Part shown: one piece after another, positions 40,866 through 50,315 of the stretch
How positions within the stretch are numbered: position 1 is the stretch's first letter
How the letters are laid out: the number at the start of each line of letters is the position of its first letter
From: an uncultured delta proteobacterium
GTDB lineage: Bacteria > Desulfobacterota > Binatia > UBA9968
Assembly (NCBI GenBank): GCA_963771465.1
Contig: CAVYTU010000008.1
Location: forward strand, 96,001-160,000
Reading direction: 5' to 3'
Length of the DNA: 64,000 nucleotides
Position numbers and translations under genes: made by a program
The notes under the pieces: generated by a model
The model's input: only the letters and a program-made list of their open reading frames with translations
Databases searched by the model: none
Told to the model about the DNA's origin: nothing

Positions 40866-42590
40866 TTATTTTTCCCGCGCCGCATTCGTTCCGGCGATAA
40901 ACCCCTGTGTCGTGCACCGGCCCAGACCGTGTTGGTTAAAACCACCGGCACTTTCGCCGGCGCAGTAGAGGCCGGGAATGACCTGGCCGCTCATATCCAT
41001 CACCTGGCACTTGGCGTTGATGTGCAGCCCCGAGCGCGTGTCATGCACGTTGGGCGTTGCCCAAGCGGCGTAGAACGGCGCGGTTTGGATCTTGAATTTC
41101 GGCGCCGGCTTGCCGAAGTCGGCGTCTTTGCCCGCCTCGACGAACGCATTATAGCGTTCCACCGTCGCTTGTAGAGTCTCGCCTTTCATCGGCTTGGCTT
41201 GAAAGTCATTTTTGATCTTGGCAGCTAACTCCGCGAGCGTGTTGGCGCTATAGAAGTAACCGTCGGGATCGACGTAAGGCGGTTCGACATTCCATTTGTT
41301 GCGCTTGACCGCTTCTGCATCGAAAATTGCCCAGATTGGCCCGGCGGAATATTCCGGCGGCTCGGAGTACTCGTTCATCGCCACCGCGGCGTTGAAAAAG
41401 TTGTAGTTGCTCGGATGGTAATGAATGTTCTCGTTGTTGCGATAATCGTTGGGCGTGTAGGGATCGATATCTTTATACACGTTGCCATGCGGATAATCGC
41501 CCTTGGTCTCGTCGTAGAATCGTTTGCCGACCTGATTGACGAGAATCAGATCGTGCCAATCTTTAACGCTCAATCCAACGGACTTCACCAGTGGAAAGAT
41601 CGGGGTCTCAAGCTCCCAGGTCATGTAATTCCATTTCGTCGCCAGCACTCGCTGGGTGCGGATATTGTCGCCATTTTCCAAAGTCTGATTCACCAATCCC
41701 CAGAGCGATGCGCCGATGGCCATCGCCGCACGCTCGCCGCTGGCGTCTTGATAGCTGTAGGGCTCGCCCGCCACGGTCAGCACCGCGGTCAAGCGAGGAT
41801 CGAACATGCGGCGGAAATTGACGTCGCTGGTCATACCACCCGTGGCGACGATGACCGCTTTCTTGGCGCGCACTCGGACGGCCGGCTTGGTGTTTTCGAT
41901 GTTGCCATCTGAGCGAAAACTTTTTAATGGCGTCGACTGGCCGGGCATAATACGCGGCGTGTAATCTGCGGTAATTCCGATGACCCGCCCGGTTTGCTGC
42001 CCCTCGCGTACGAAACTCGTCATCTTATGGTTGAGTAAAAACTTGACGCCCTTGGCGCGCGCGCTGTTTTCCAATGGTCTGATCAGGCCCGTTCCCGCCC
42101 GGTTATTAGGACTTTCGTACCCTGCCCCTTTGGTCCAAAAGCAATGATTTTCGCGCGGCGCGGAGTTGCCGAGGTTGTGGCCGCCCTGATTGTCCGGCGC
42201 GACCGGTTTAAATTCGACACCGTTTTCAAGGAGAAATTCAAAATTCGGCGCGCAATGATCGGCGAACGCGCGCATCACTTCGCGGTCATTGTAACGGAAA
42301 TCGGGCCAACCGTTATTCTGCACCACCGTCCAATCGGTAAGATCGGAAAATACCGTGTCCGGTGAATCGGCAATGCCGTATTTTTTCTGCGCGCTGGTGC
42401 CGCCGCCGAGCGGCACATTACCGCCGCTGATGATCGCGTGGCCGCCGATATCGTAATTAGCTTCAACGACAATCACCGACGCGCCGCCATCGGCCGCCTT
42501 GATCGCCGCCGGCAAGCCCGCTGCCCCCGAGCCGATTACGACTACGTCGCCTTCTAAATCCCAATCTTGACTATCGTTCGCCTGAGCCAT
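40866..42590 (-). CDS. FAD-dependent oxidoreductase, fumarate reductase/3-ketosteroid dehydrogenase flavoprotein family
   Basis: DVVVIGSGAAG, GGHAIISGG, AVIVATGG, VNQVGKRF, IPGLYCAGE. Confidence 0.88.
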   Translation of the reverse strand: MAQANDSQDWDLEGDVVVIGSGAAGLPAAIKAADGGASVIVVEANYDIGGHAIISGGNVPLGGGTSAQKKYGIADSPDTVFSDLTDWTVVQNNGWPDFRYNDREVMRAFADHCAPNFEFLLENGVEFKPVAPDNQGGHNLGNSAPRENHCFWTKGAGYESPNNRAGTGLIRPLENSARAKGVKFLLNHKMTSFVREGQQTGRVIGITADYTPRIMPGQSTPLKSFRSDGNIENTKPAVRVRAKKAVIVATGGMTSDVNFRRMFDPRLTAVLTVAGEPYSYQDASGERAAMAIGASLWGLVNQTLENGDNIRTQRVLATKWNYMTWELETPIFPLVKSVGLSVKDWHDLILVNQVGKRFYDETKGDYPHGNVYKDIDPYTPNDYRNNENIHYHPSNYNFFNAAVAMNEYSEPPEYSAGPIWAIFDAEAVKRNKWNVEPPYVDPDGYFYSANTLAELAAKIKNDFQAKPMKGETLQATVERYNAFVEAGKDADFGKPAPKFKIQTAPFYAAWATPNVHDTRSGLHINAKCQVMDMSGQVIPGLYCAGESAGGFNQHGLGRCTTQGFIAGTNAAREK

Positions 42591-42780
42591 CGTTGTTCTC
42601 CTTCGATTACGTTTTGTCGTCGCGCTTTGGATAGATTTTCGTCACCAACTCATGGCGACCATTCGCGACTCTCCGGCTTCTACCACGCAGCAAAAAACGC
42701 AGCAACAGGAAAATATTCCACTGGCGAGAAACGGTCGCGGTGAGGTCTCAAGAAATGTTTGCAATGAGGAGAAACGGAAT

Positions 42781-42857
42781 TGGTCGGGGCGGCCGGATTT
42801 GAACCGGCGACCTCACGCACCCCAAGCGTGCGCGCTACCAGGCTGCGCCACGCCCCG
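42781..42857 (-). tRNA. tRNA-Pro (anticodon GGG)
   Basis: CGGGGCG acceptor stem, D-loop AGCCTGGTA, anticodon arm cacgc-TTGGGGT-gcgtg, GGTTCAAATCC, encoded CCA. Confidence 0.97.
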
Positions 42858-42961
42858 ACACAGCTCAAACTGGCGCGAATGTAACACCGTCATCCAGCCA
42901 AATCAATTTGGGAAAATCGCAACGATCGAAATCACCGGGAGAGGCATGCGACCTGTCGGGC

Positions 42962-43315
42962 TTACGATACCAGGCGGCGTAGAGTTTCCAATTCTTTCTT
43001 GAGTTTGACCAATGCGCTTTTATATTTCTGCTCGCTCAGCGGCAGCTTGAGCTGATTTTTTTCTTCCTTCTTGGCTTCCCTTAGCTTCTTGCGCGCGCCC
43101 TCGATGGTGAAGCCTTCGGTGTAGAGCAAACGTTTGATTTCGAGCAGGAGCTCGACATCGCGTTTCTTGTAGAGCCGATGCTTGGACGGCGCCTTGGAAG
43201 GCTTGAGCAGTTCGAACTCGGTCTCCCAGTAGCGTAGCACATAGGGCTCCACGTCGACGATCTCGCTCACTTCACCGATCTTGAAATAAATTTTTTCCGG
43301 CAGACGCGACGCCAT
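42962..43315 (-). CDS. MerR family transcriptional regulator
   Basis: KIYFKIGEVS, PYVLRYWETEF, LLYTEGFTIEGARK; usual position after ihfA. Confidence 0.92.
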   Translation of the reverse strand: MASRLPEKIYFKIGEVSEIVDVEPYVLRYWETEFELLKPSKAPSKHRLYKKRDVELLLEIKRLLYTEGFTIEGARKKLREAKKEEKNQLKLPLSEQKYKSALVKLKKELETLRRLVS

Positions 43316-43324
43316 CGCTCGGCT

Positions 43325-43645
43325 CTACTCCGCGGCGTCGGGGCCCGCCGGCATTCCCGCGTCGGCCGCCATGCCGTTCAAACTCTTCTTCATGATTTGG
43401 CTGGCTTTGAAAGTTAGAACCTTGCGGCCGACGATAATGATTTCATCGCCGGTCTGAGGATTTCTACCTTTGCGCGGCCGCTTGGTATTGACGACAAAAT
43501 TGCCGAAGCCGGAGATCTTTACCTTTTCGCCCTGCTCCAGACTATGCTTGATAATATCGAAGGTCGCTTCGACGACATCGGTGGCGTCTTTCTTCGAAAA
43601 GCCGACTTTCTCATAGATACGCGTGATGATTTCCGCTTTTGTCAT
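43325..43645 (-). CDS. ihfA: Integration host factor subunit alpha
   Basis: MTKAEI, VKISGFGNF, GRNPQTG, VLTFKAS; follows pheT. Confidence 0.93.
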   Translation of the reverse strand: MTKAEIITRIYEKVGFSKKDATDVVEATFDIIKHSLEQGEKVKISGFGNFVVNTKRPRKGRNPQTGDEIIIVGRKVLTFKASQIMKKSLNGMAADAGMPAGPDAAE

Positions 43646-43685
43646 GTGCTACCTCCCTGCGCCAGATTTGGCGCCTCGACGAACG

Positions 43686-45770
43686 TCAACTGCGCCGTTC
43701 CGCGCCAAAGGTTTTGCCGAGCCGGTCCACTATACTTTGGTGCAGCGTGTTGACCTCCAGATCCGTTAGCGTGCGATCCTCGGCGCGATAGGAAATTTTA
43801 TAGGCCAAACTTTTTTTTCCTTCAGGGATCGGCACGCCCATATACTGGTCGAAAACGTCCACATGCTCGATCAAAGGCTCGCCGAGATTTTTGATCCAAT
43901 CGATGACTTGAGCCGCGGCAAAATCACGCTCCACGACCACGGCCACGTCTCGTTCCACCGCTGGAAATCGCGGCAGCGAATGGGCTGCGATTCGCCGCGG
44001 AGCATACTCAAGCAGTTTTTCGAAGTCAAGTTCAAATGCGCAACTTGACGGCACTTCGAGCCGCTCGCAGGTGTCGGGATGGAGTCGGCCTAAGTAGCCG
44101 ACGCGCTGGCCGTTCAAGGTCAGCGCCGCAGACTGCCCCGGATGCAATATCGGCATCTCGGCGGCCGACCAGCGCGCCAACTCGCCCAGGTGAAAAAAGT
44201 CGAGCAGCGCTTCAACCAGACCCTTGCAGTCGAGAAAATTCACCGCCGCGGGCTCGCCTTGACGTAGTCCATAACGCGCTCGCGGTCCGTAGAGCAACGC
44301 CGCGACACACTGGCGCTCACCCGCCGCACCGGTCGCATCGACTGCGAAGGTCTTGCCCAAGTGATAACCGGCGAAACTGGCCGTGTGCTGCGCCAGATTG
44401 AGTTTTAAATTATTAATCAGTCCCGGCAATAGGCTGTGACGCATCTCCGCGTCATCTTTCGCCAACGGATTGAGTACCGGCACCGCGCCTGGATTTTTCT
44501 GCCAAAGACCGGCAAACGAACGATTGGACGCCTGCGTGGTAAACGGCAGGTTGATCACTTCCGCCAGCCCTTCGCCGGACATGAGTGCGCGCAACTTTCG
44601 TTCCGATGCCAGTTGATGATCATTCTTGCCGCCCGACGATCGCAGCCAGGGCAACGTCGATGGTATGTTATCGTATCCGTGCAGGCGCGCCAGCTCTTCG
44701 ATCACATCCGCCTCGCGGGAAATATCCGGACGGCTGCTTGGTGGAATCACGATCCAACTTCCGCTTTTGCCGCGCCGCGTGGATTTCAGGCCGATGGAAT
44801 GAAGCAATCTCTCGGCGCGTTTCCCATCCAGCGCGATACCGAGAAGGTCTTCAATACGCTCCTGGCGCAAAATTATCGTCGGCGCCTTGCTCTTGCCGGG
44901 ATAGGCATCGGCGACGCCAGCCATGGGTTTACCGCCGGCGGTCTCCATGAGCAGGTAAACGGCACGGTTGAGCGCTGCGATCGTTCCTTCTGGATCGACG
45001 CCGCGCTCGAAACGATGCGACGCTTCGCTATGGAGCGCCAAGCGTTTGACCGTGCGGCGAATCGACGCCGGCGCGAAGTTGGCGCTTTCGAGTAAGAGCG
45101 AGCGTGTGCGGTCAGTCACTTCCGAATCCATGCCGCCCATCACGCCCGCCAGCGCGACCGGTACGTCGTCATCGCAAATCAGCAAATCTTCAGGAGCTAG
45201 TTCGCGCTCCGTGCCGTCCAGCGTGGTAAATTTCTTCAGCTCCTTGGCGCCACGCACGACGATCTTCTTACTCGGCAAGCGATCGAGGTCAAAGGCATGG
45301 AGCGGCTGGCCGGTTTCAAGCATGACGTAATTGGTCACATCGACGACATTGTTAATCGCGCGAATGCCGCAGGCCTCAAGCCGGGCGCTGAGCCACGCCG
45401 GCGACGGCCCCATGCGCACTTCGTCAACGATGCGCGCGGAGTAACGCGCACACAGCTTGGCCTTTTCAATCGTCAGGGCGACGCGTTTGTTGATCGACGC
45501 ATCTTTCTTGGTCGCGCTCACCGGCGGCGTTGTCAAACTAGCACCGGTCAGCGCGGCGACCTCGCGGGCGATACCGGCGATACCGAGGCAGTCGCCGCGA
45601 TTGGGCGTGACGCCGATCTCAAAAAGCTGATCCGGCCGACCGCTCCCCGGTTGGCTAAGCGGAGTCACCGACTCGACCTCAAGGCCTGCCATGGTGAGCC
45701 GCTTAGCCAGTTCCTCCGGTGTAGCGGTGAAATTGACAAATTCTTTCAGCCAGCTGAGAGTAAATTTCAT
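43686..45770 (-). CDS. pheT: Phenylalanine-tRNA ligase beta subunit (short form)
   Basis: TPNRGDCL, INNVVDVTNYVMLETGQPLHAFD, RFERGVDP, C-terminal FPAVERD...DRTLTD. Confidence 0.96.
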   Translation of the reverse strand: MKFTLSWLKEFVNFTATPEELAKRLTMAGLEVESVTPLSQPGSGRPDQLFEIGVTPNRGDCLGIAGIAREVAALTGASLTTPPVSATKKDASINKRVALTIEKAKLCARYSARIVDEVRMGPSPAWLSARLEACGIRAINNVVDVTNYVMLETGQPLHAFDLDRLPSKKIVVRGAKELKKFTTLDGTERELAPEDLLICDDDVPVALAGVMGGMDSEVTDRTRSLLLESANFAPASIRRTVKRLALHSEASHRFERGVDPEGTIAALNRAVYLLMETAGGKPMAGVADAYPGKSKAPTIILRQERIEDLLGIALDGKRAERLLHSIGLKSTRRGKSGSWIVIPPSSRPDISREADVIEELARLHGYDNIPSTLPWLRSSGGKNDHQLASERKLRALMSGEGLAEVINLPFTTQASNRSFAGLWQKNPGAVPVLNPLAKDDAEMRHSLLPGLINNLKLNLAQHTASFAGYHLGKTFAVDATGAAGERQCVAALLYGPRARYGLRQGEPAAVNFLDCKGLVEALLDFFHLGELARWSAAEMPILHPGQSAALTLNGQRVGYLGRLHPDTCERLEVPSSCAFELDFEKLLEYAPRRIAAHSLPRFPAVERDVAVVVERDFAAAQVIDWIKNLGEPLIEHVDVFDQYMGVPIPEGKKSLAYKISYRAEDRTLTDLEVNTLHQSIVDRLGKTFGAERRS

Positions 45771-45790
45771 AAAATTGCGGTGATAAAGTC

Positions 45791-45829
45791 TGGAGTAATG
45801 GAATCTTGGTTCCGGAACCCATCACTCCA
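45791..45829. repeat. Short 8-nt-repeat hairpin between pheS and pheT
   Basis: tggagtaatgg ... ggttccggaacc ... ccatcactcca; same unit as 1987-2064. Confidence 0.75.
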
Positions 45830-45840
45830 TACCCACTCGC

Positions 45841-46881
45841 CTAGCTGAATTGGCGCAAAAACCTGAGATCATTTTGAAAGAACAGCCTGATATCATCGAT
45901 GCCGTATTTGAGCATGGCGATACGCTCCACGCCCATGCCAAAGGCAAAGCCGGAAATTTTCTCCGGATCATAGCCGACGAACTTAAAGACCGCCGGATCG
46001 ATCATGCCGGCGCCGAGAATTTCGAGCCATCCGGTGGCCTTGCACACCCGGCAGGTTTGTCCCGCCTTGTTCGCGCCGCTGCCGCCGCAAATCACGCATT
46101 GAATATCGATCTCGGCGCTCGGCTCGGTGAACGGAAAAAAACTCGGACGGAATCGAACGCCCGCATCGGGCTCAAAAATCTGCCGCAAAAAATGCGTTAG
46201 CACGCCTTTGAGATCAGAAAATGCGATGCGCGCATCGACCATGAAGCCTTCGACCTGGTGAAACATCGGCGAGTGGGTCGCATCGTCGTCGTGACGATAG
46301 ACCGCGCCGGGCACGATCACTTGCAGCGGCGGCTTGCGTGTCTCCATGGTGCGAATCTGCACCGGCGAAGTATGTGTGCGCAGCAATCGTCCGTCGGCGA
46401 CGAAGAACGTGTCTTGCATGTCGCGCGCCGGATGGTCTTGTGGAATATTGAGTGCTTCGAAGTTGTGATAATCGTCTTCGATGTCCGGACCGCGCGCGAT
46501 CTCGAAGCCCATGCCCCAAAAAATATCGACGATCTCGTCGATCACCAAAGTCAATGGGTGCGCGCTGCCGCGCTGCCAACGGCTGCCCGGCAGCGTGATA
46601 TCGATCCGTTCGTCTCTGAGCGCTTGCGTTTTCGCGTGATTTTTGACGGTGACAAGCCGCAAGTCCAAACTGATTTCGAGCTCGCGGCGCAATTGATTGA
46701 GCGCTTCACCGGTGCGTGGCCGTTGTTCCGCCGGCAGGTCCTTAAGACCGCGCAGCCGCAGCGTAATGCTGCCGCTCCGGCCCAGGACTTCGACCCGCAG
46801 CTGTTCGAGCTCCTCCACGGAGTTCGCCTGCTGGATTCGATCCAGAACCTCTCCACGGAGAGTTTCCAGGGAATCGTTCAT
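45841..46881 (-). CDS. pheS: Phenylalanine-tRNA ligase alpha subunit
   Basis: HPARDMQDTF, LRTHTSPVQ, FHQVEG, RPSFFPFTEPS, GFAFGMGVER. Confidence 0.97.
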   Translation of the reverse strand: MNDSLETLRGEVLDRIQQANSVEELEQLRVEVLGRSGSITLRLRGLKDLPAEQRPRTGEALNQLRRELEISLDLRLVTVKNHAKTQALRDERIDITLPGSRWQRGSAHPLTLVIDEIVDIFWGMGFEIARGPDIEDDYHNFEALNIPQDHPARDMQDTFFVADGRLLRTHTSPVQIRTMETRKPPLQVIVPGAVYRHDDDATHSPMFHQVEGFMVDARIAFSDLKGVLTHFLRQIFEPDAGVRFRPSFFPFTEPSAEIDIQCVICGGSGANKAGQTCRVCKATGWLEILGAGMIDPAVFKFVGYDPEKISGFAFGMGVERIAMLKYGIDDIRLFFQNDLRFLRQFS

Positions 46882-46902
46882 CTGACTGGAGGACTTAGAC
46901 TT

Positions 46903-47262
46903 TTAAGCGCCTAGGTGAGACTTAGCGGTTTGCGCGATTTGACCGAAGGCGGTCATGTCCGCCGCGGCGATTTCCGCCAGGATCTTACGGTCCAACTCCA
47001 CTTTGGCTTCTTTCAGTCCCTTGATCAGCTGGCTATAGGAAATACCGCAAATTTTCGCCGCGGCGCTAATGCGCTGGATCCATAGGCCGCGAAACGTCCG
47101 CTTTTTGACGCGCCGATCGCGATAGGCGAACACCAAACCACGCTCGACGGTCTCCCGCGCGGAGCGGTATAATCGGCCTCGGCCACCGACGTAGCCTTTA
47201 GCCAGCTTCATGATCTTCTTATGTTTTTGCCTCGTCTTACTGCCACCTTTAGCTCTGGGCAT
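46903..47262 (-). CDS. rplT: 50S ribosomal protein L20
   Basis: LAKGY, AYRDRR.KKR.FR.LWI.RI, LDRKILA. Confidence 0.97.
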   Translation of the reverse strand: MPRAKGGSKTRQKHKKIMKLAKGYVGGRGRLYRSARETVERGLVFAYRDRRVKKRTFRGLWIQRISAAAKICGISYSQLIKGLKEAKVELDRKILAEIAAADMTAFGQIAQTAKSHLGA

Positions 47263-47283
47263 AATGTAACTCCTTTCTTAGAC

Positions 47284-47372
47284 AGTGCCGAGATGGAACG
47301 CTGAGTCTACGAGTTTAAGACAGCGAATTTTCCGCTTCCGAGCTCAGCACCCGTTCCTCAGCACTTAGCACT
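47284..47372. repeat. Inverted array of AGTGCTG/CAGCACT-like heptamers between rpmI and rplT
   Basis: agtgccgag...gctgag versus ctcagcac...ctcagcacttagcact. Confidence 0.78.
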
Positions 47373-47373
47373 T

Positions 47374-47571
47374 TTATTTGTACGGTATTAATTTACGGAT
47401 GTTCTTCGCTTCAACCGCGGCCACCGTGGTCGCTTTACGCAAATGACGTTTTTGTTTCTTACCCTTGCTTGAAAGGATATGCCGCTTATAGGCTTTGTTG
47501 CGTTTGATCTTACCGGTGCCGGTGACGCGAAAACGTTTCGCGGCGGCTCGATTGGTTTTGATTTTAGGCAC
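47374..47571 (-). CDS. rpmI: 50S ribosomal protein L35
   Basis: [19 protein letters not shown]; GTG start with GAGGAG RBS. Confidence 0.96.
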   Translation of the reverse strand: MPKIKTNRAAAKRFRVTGTGKIKRNKAYKRHILSSKGKKQKRHLRKATTVAAVEAKNIRKLIPYK

Positions 47572-47617
47572 TCTATTGCTCCTCTACAAATATCATTCTA
47601 GCGAATTAGCGGCCGGC

Positions 47618-48121
47618 TCACTTGGGCGTCAACAACATTGCCATGTTGCGTCCTTCCAGACGCGGCTCGATATCGACTTTGGCAACGTCTTGGACCAAGA
47701 CGACCACGCCTTTGAGCATCTGCCGGCCCAAATCTGGATGGGTAATCTCGCGGCCGCGAAAGAACACCGACACTTTGACGCGCTGGCCTTCGCCGATAAA
47801 CTTGCGAATGTTTTTTACCTTATGCTCGACATCGTGGGCGTCCGTGCGCGAGCCCATTTTTACTTCCTTGATTTCAACCACGGCGTGCTTGTTCGGTCCA
47901 TGCTGCTTTTTTTTCTGCTCATAGCGGAACTTGCCGTAGTCCATCATCCGGCAAACTGGCGGCTGCGCCTCCGCCGCGACTTCGACGAGGTCCAACTCCA
48001 GGGCCTCGACCTGCTTGAGCGCTTCATGCAGCGGTATGACTCCAAGCTGTTCGCCCTTGGGCCCGATCACCCGCACTTCACGGGCACGAATTTGATGATT
48101 GATTCTCGCTTCTCTAGCTAT
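47618..48121 (-). CDS. infC: Translation initiation factor IF-3 (probable ATA start)
   Basis: GGAGGT-gtctt-ATA extends the ORF to (M)AREARINHQIRAREVRVIG; LDLVEV, PPVCRMMDYGKF, FRGRE. Confidence 0.95.
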   Translation of the reverse strand: MAREARINHQIRAREVRVIGPKGEQLGVIPLHEALKQVEALELDLVEVAAEAQPPVCRMMDYGKFRYEQKKKQHGPNKHAVVEIKEVKMGSRTDAHDVEHKVKNIRKFIGEGQRVKVSVFFRGREITHPDLGRQMLKGVVVLVQDVAKVDIEPRLEGRNMAMLLTPK

Positions 48122-48158
48122 AAGACACCTCCGTTTTACGACCCGTCCTCAATTACTT

Positions 48159-50069
48159 TTATGCTGGTCCCACTTCTAGTGCAACCTCGGCGCGCAGCTG
48201 TTCGATAAATTGTCCGAGCGCCAGCGGCGCGAGATTCTCGCCGCCGCGCCGGCGCGGCGCCACCAACTGTCCGGCTACTTCCTTGTCGCCGATCACCACC
48301 GCATAGGGAATCTTCGCCAACTGCGCTTCACGAATCTTGTAGCCGAGCTTCTCATTGCGGCCGTCGAGCTCGACCCGCCAACCGGCGTCGCGCAGCTGCT
48401 CGAACACACTCGTAGCATATTCTTTCTGGTCATCGGTAACGGTCAAGATCTTCAATTGCACCGGCGCTAGCCAGAGCGGAAAGGCGCCGGCGCAATGTTC
48501 GATTAGGATGCCCATAAAGCGCTCGATGGATCCCAAGATCGCGCGGTGAATCATCACCGGCCGCGCCTCGCTGCCCGAGGATGCGGTGTAAGCTAAATCG
48601 AAACGCTCCGGCATGTTAAAATCCAATTGCATGGTGGCCAGCTGCCAGCCGCGCTTGAGCGCATCGAGCACGAGGAAATCGATCTTCGGGCCGTAAAAAG
48701 CGCCGTCGCCGGGATTGACCTGATAATCGATGCCTTCTTTGCTCAGCGCTTGCCCCAGCGCCGCTTCCGCTTTGTCCCAAATCGCGACGTCACCGATAAA
48801 ATCCTTCGGCCGGGTCGAGAGCTTGACCTGCATGTCGGTAAACTGAAAGGTCCGGTAAACTTCCCGGAGCATTTTGATCAGACTGCTGATTTCTCCCTCG
48901 ATTTGCTCCGGCGCGCAGAAAATATGCGCGTCGTCCTGGGCGAAGGAACGGACTCGGGTCAAGCCCGCGGTCACGCCGGAGCGCTCATAACGGTGTAAGC
49001 GGCCGAAGTCGGCGATGCGCAACGGCAGATCGCGGTAAGAACGCTTTTTCGCGGCGTAGACGAAAGTATGGCCCGGACAGTTCATCGGCTTGACCCCGAA
49101 CTGGCGCTCGTCGACCTCGGTAAAATACATGCTGTCGCGATAGTGATCGTAGTGGCCGGAGCGGCGCCACAGCTCGACGTCGAGAATCTGCGGCGTGATC
49201 ACTTCATCGTAGCCGTATCGAACGTAGAGCCGGCGCATATACGCGATCAGCTCGTTATAAACCGTCGCGCCCTTGGGGTGAAAAAACGGACTCGCCGGCG
49301 CGATCGGATGAAAGCTAAACAGATCCAACTCTTTGCCCAGCCGGCGGTGATCGCGCTTCTTCGCTTCTTCGAGCAAGCGCAGATGTTCGTTGAGCGCGTC
49401 TTTGCTGTGCCATGACGTGCCGTAGATGCGTTGCAGCATCTCGTTCTGCTCGTTACCGCGCCAGTAGGCGCCGGCAACACCGGTCAGTTTAAAAGCTCTA
49501 ATCGCCCCCGTGCTCGGCACATGCGGCCCGCGGCAAAAATCGACCCAATCGCCTTGACGATAAAGCGAGACGGTTTCGTCAGTGACGCCTTCAATGATCT
49601 CGACCTTGTAGTCCTCGCCCATCTTGCGAAACAGCTCGATCGCTTCGGCGCGCGGCAATTCTTCCCGGGTAACTTTTAAATTGGCCTTGGCCAATTCCTG
49701 CATGCGCTGCTCGATCTGCGCCAGTTCTTCCGGCGAAAACGGCTCGCTGCGTTTGAAATCGTAGTAAAAGCCATCATCAATGGTCGGACCGATGGTGACT
49801 TGAGTGCCGGGGAACAGACTCTGCACCGCCTGCGCCATCAGATGCGCGGTTGAATGGCGCAGCACGTCGAGACCCTCGGGACTGTCCGGCACGATCCAAT
49901 CCACGGCGCAATCCTTTTCCAAAGTGCGATTGAGATCGACCGGATTGCCGTCGATCTTGGCGGCGATCAAATTTTTTGCGCCGGCGGACTGAGCCAGCTC
50001 GACCACCCGAGTGCCAGGGCGAACGTCGACGGAACGTCCGTCAGCAAATGTGACGTGAATACTGTCCAT
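48159..50069 (-). CDS. thrS: Threonine-tRNA ligase
   Basis: HSTAHLMAQA, CRGPH, RDHRRLG, KPMNCP, FYGPKID, HRAILGS. Confidence 0.98.
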   Translation of the reverse strand: MDSIHVTFADGRSVDVRPGTRVVELAQSAGAKNLIAAKIDGNPVDLNRTLEKDCAVDWIVPDSPEGLDVLRHSTAHLMAQAVQSLFPGTQVTIGPTIDDGFYYDFKRSEPFSPEELAQIEQRMQELAKANLKVTREELPRAEAIELFRKMGEDYKVEIIEGVTDETVSLYRQGDWVDFCRGPHVPSTGAIRAFKLTGVAGAYWRGNEQNEMLQRIYGTSWHSKDALNEHLRLLEEAKKRDHRRLGKELDLFSFHPIAPASPFFHPKGATVYNELIAYMRRLYVRYGYDEVITPQILDVELWRRSGHYDHYRDSMYFTEVDERQFGVKPMNCPGHTFVYAAKKRSYRDLPLRIADFGRLHRYERSGVTAGLTRVRSFAQDDAHIFCAPEQIEGEISSLIKMLREVYRTFQFTDMQVKLSTRPKDFIGDVAIWDKAEAALGQALSKEGIDYQVNPGDGAFYGPKIDFLVLDALKRGWQLATMQLDFNMPERFDLAYTASSGSEARPVMIHRAILGSIERFMGILIEHCAGAFPLWLAPVQLKILTVTDDQKEYATSVFEQLRDAGWRVELDGRNEKLGYKIREAQLAKIPYAVVIGDKEVAGQLVAPRRRGGENLAPLALGQFIEQLRAEVALEVGPA

Positions 50070-50086
50070 ACCTGCTGGTTAAGAAA

Positions 50087-50161
50087 TGGTAGGCACGGGC
50101 AGGATTGAACTGCCGACCTCTTCCGTGTCAGGGAAGCGCTCTCCCACTGAGCTACGTGCCT
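50087..50161 (-). tRNA. tRNA-Val (anticodon GAC)
   Basis: AGGCACG acceptor stem, TAGCTCAGTGG, cttcc-CTGACAC-ggaag, GTTCAATCC, encoded CCA. Confidence 0.96.
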
Positions 50162-50315
50162 GGAAGACCTGCGCGCACGGGCCACTGAAGGCCAGTTTAA
50201 CGAGCTGCGAATGCATCAATTTCAACGGCTGTAGTGAACCCTTTGGCAGGGACTATTTATCGACGACTTAATCATTGCAAGAGATCGATTTTATTACCAA
50301 TTTATCATCTCAGTG

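Noticed and set aside
42600-42857. Genomic island integrated at tRNA-Pro
   Set aside because: No integrase, and no duplicated tRNA 3' end was noticed in the window.
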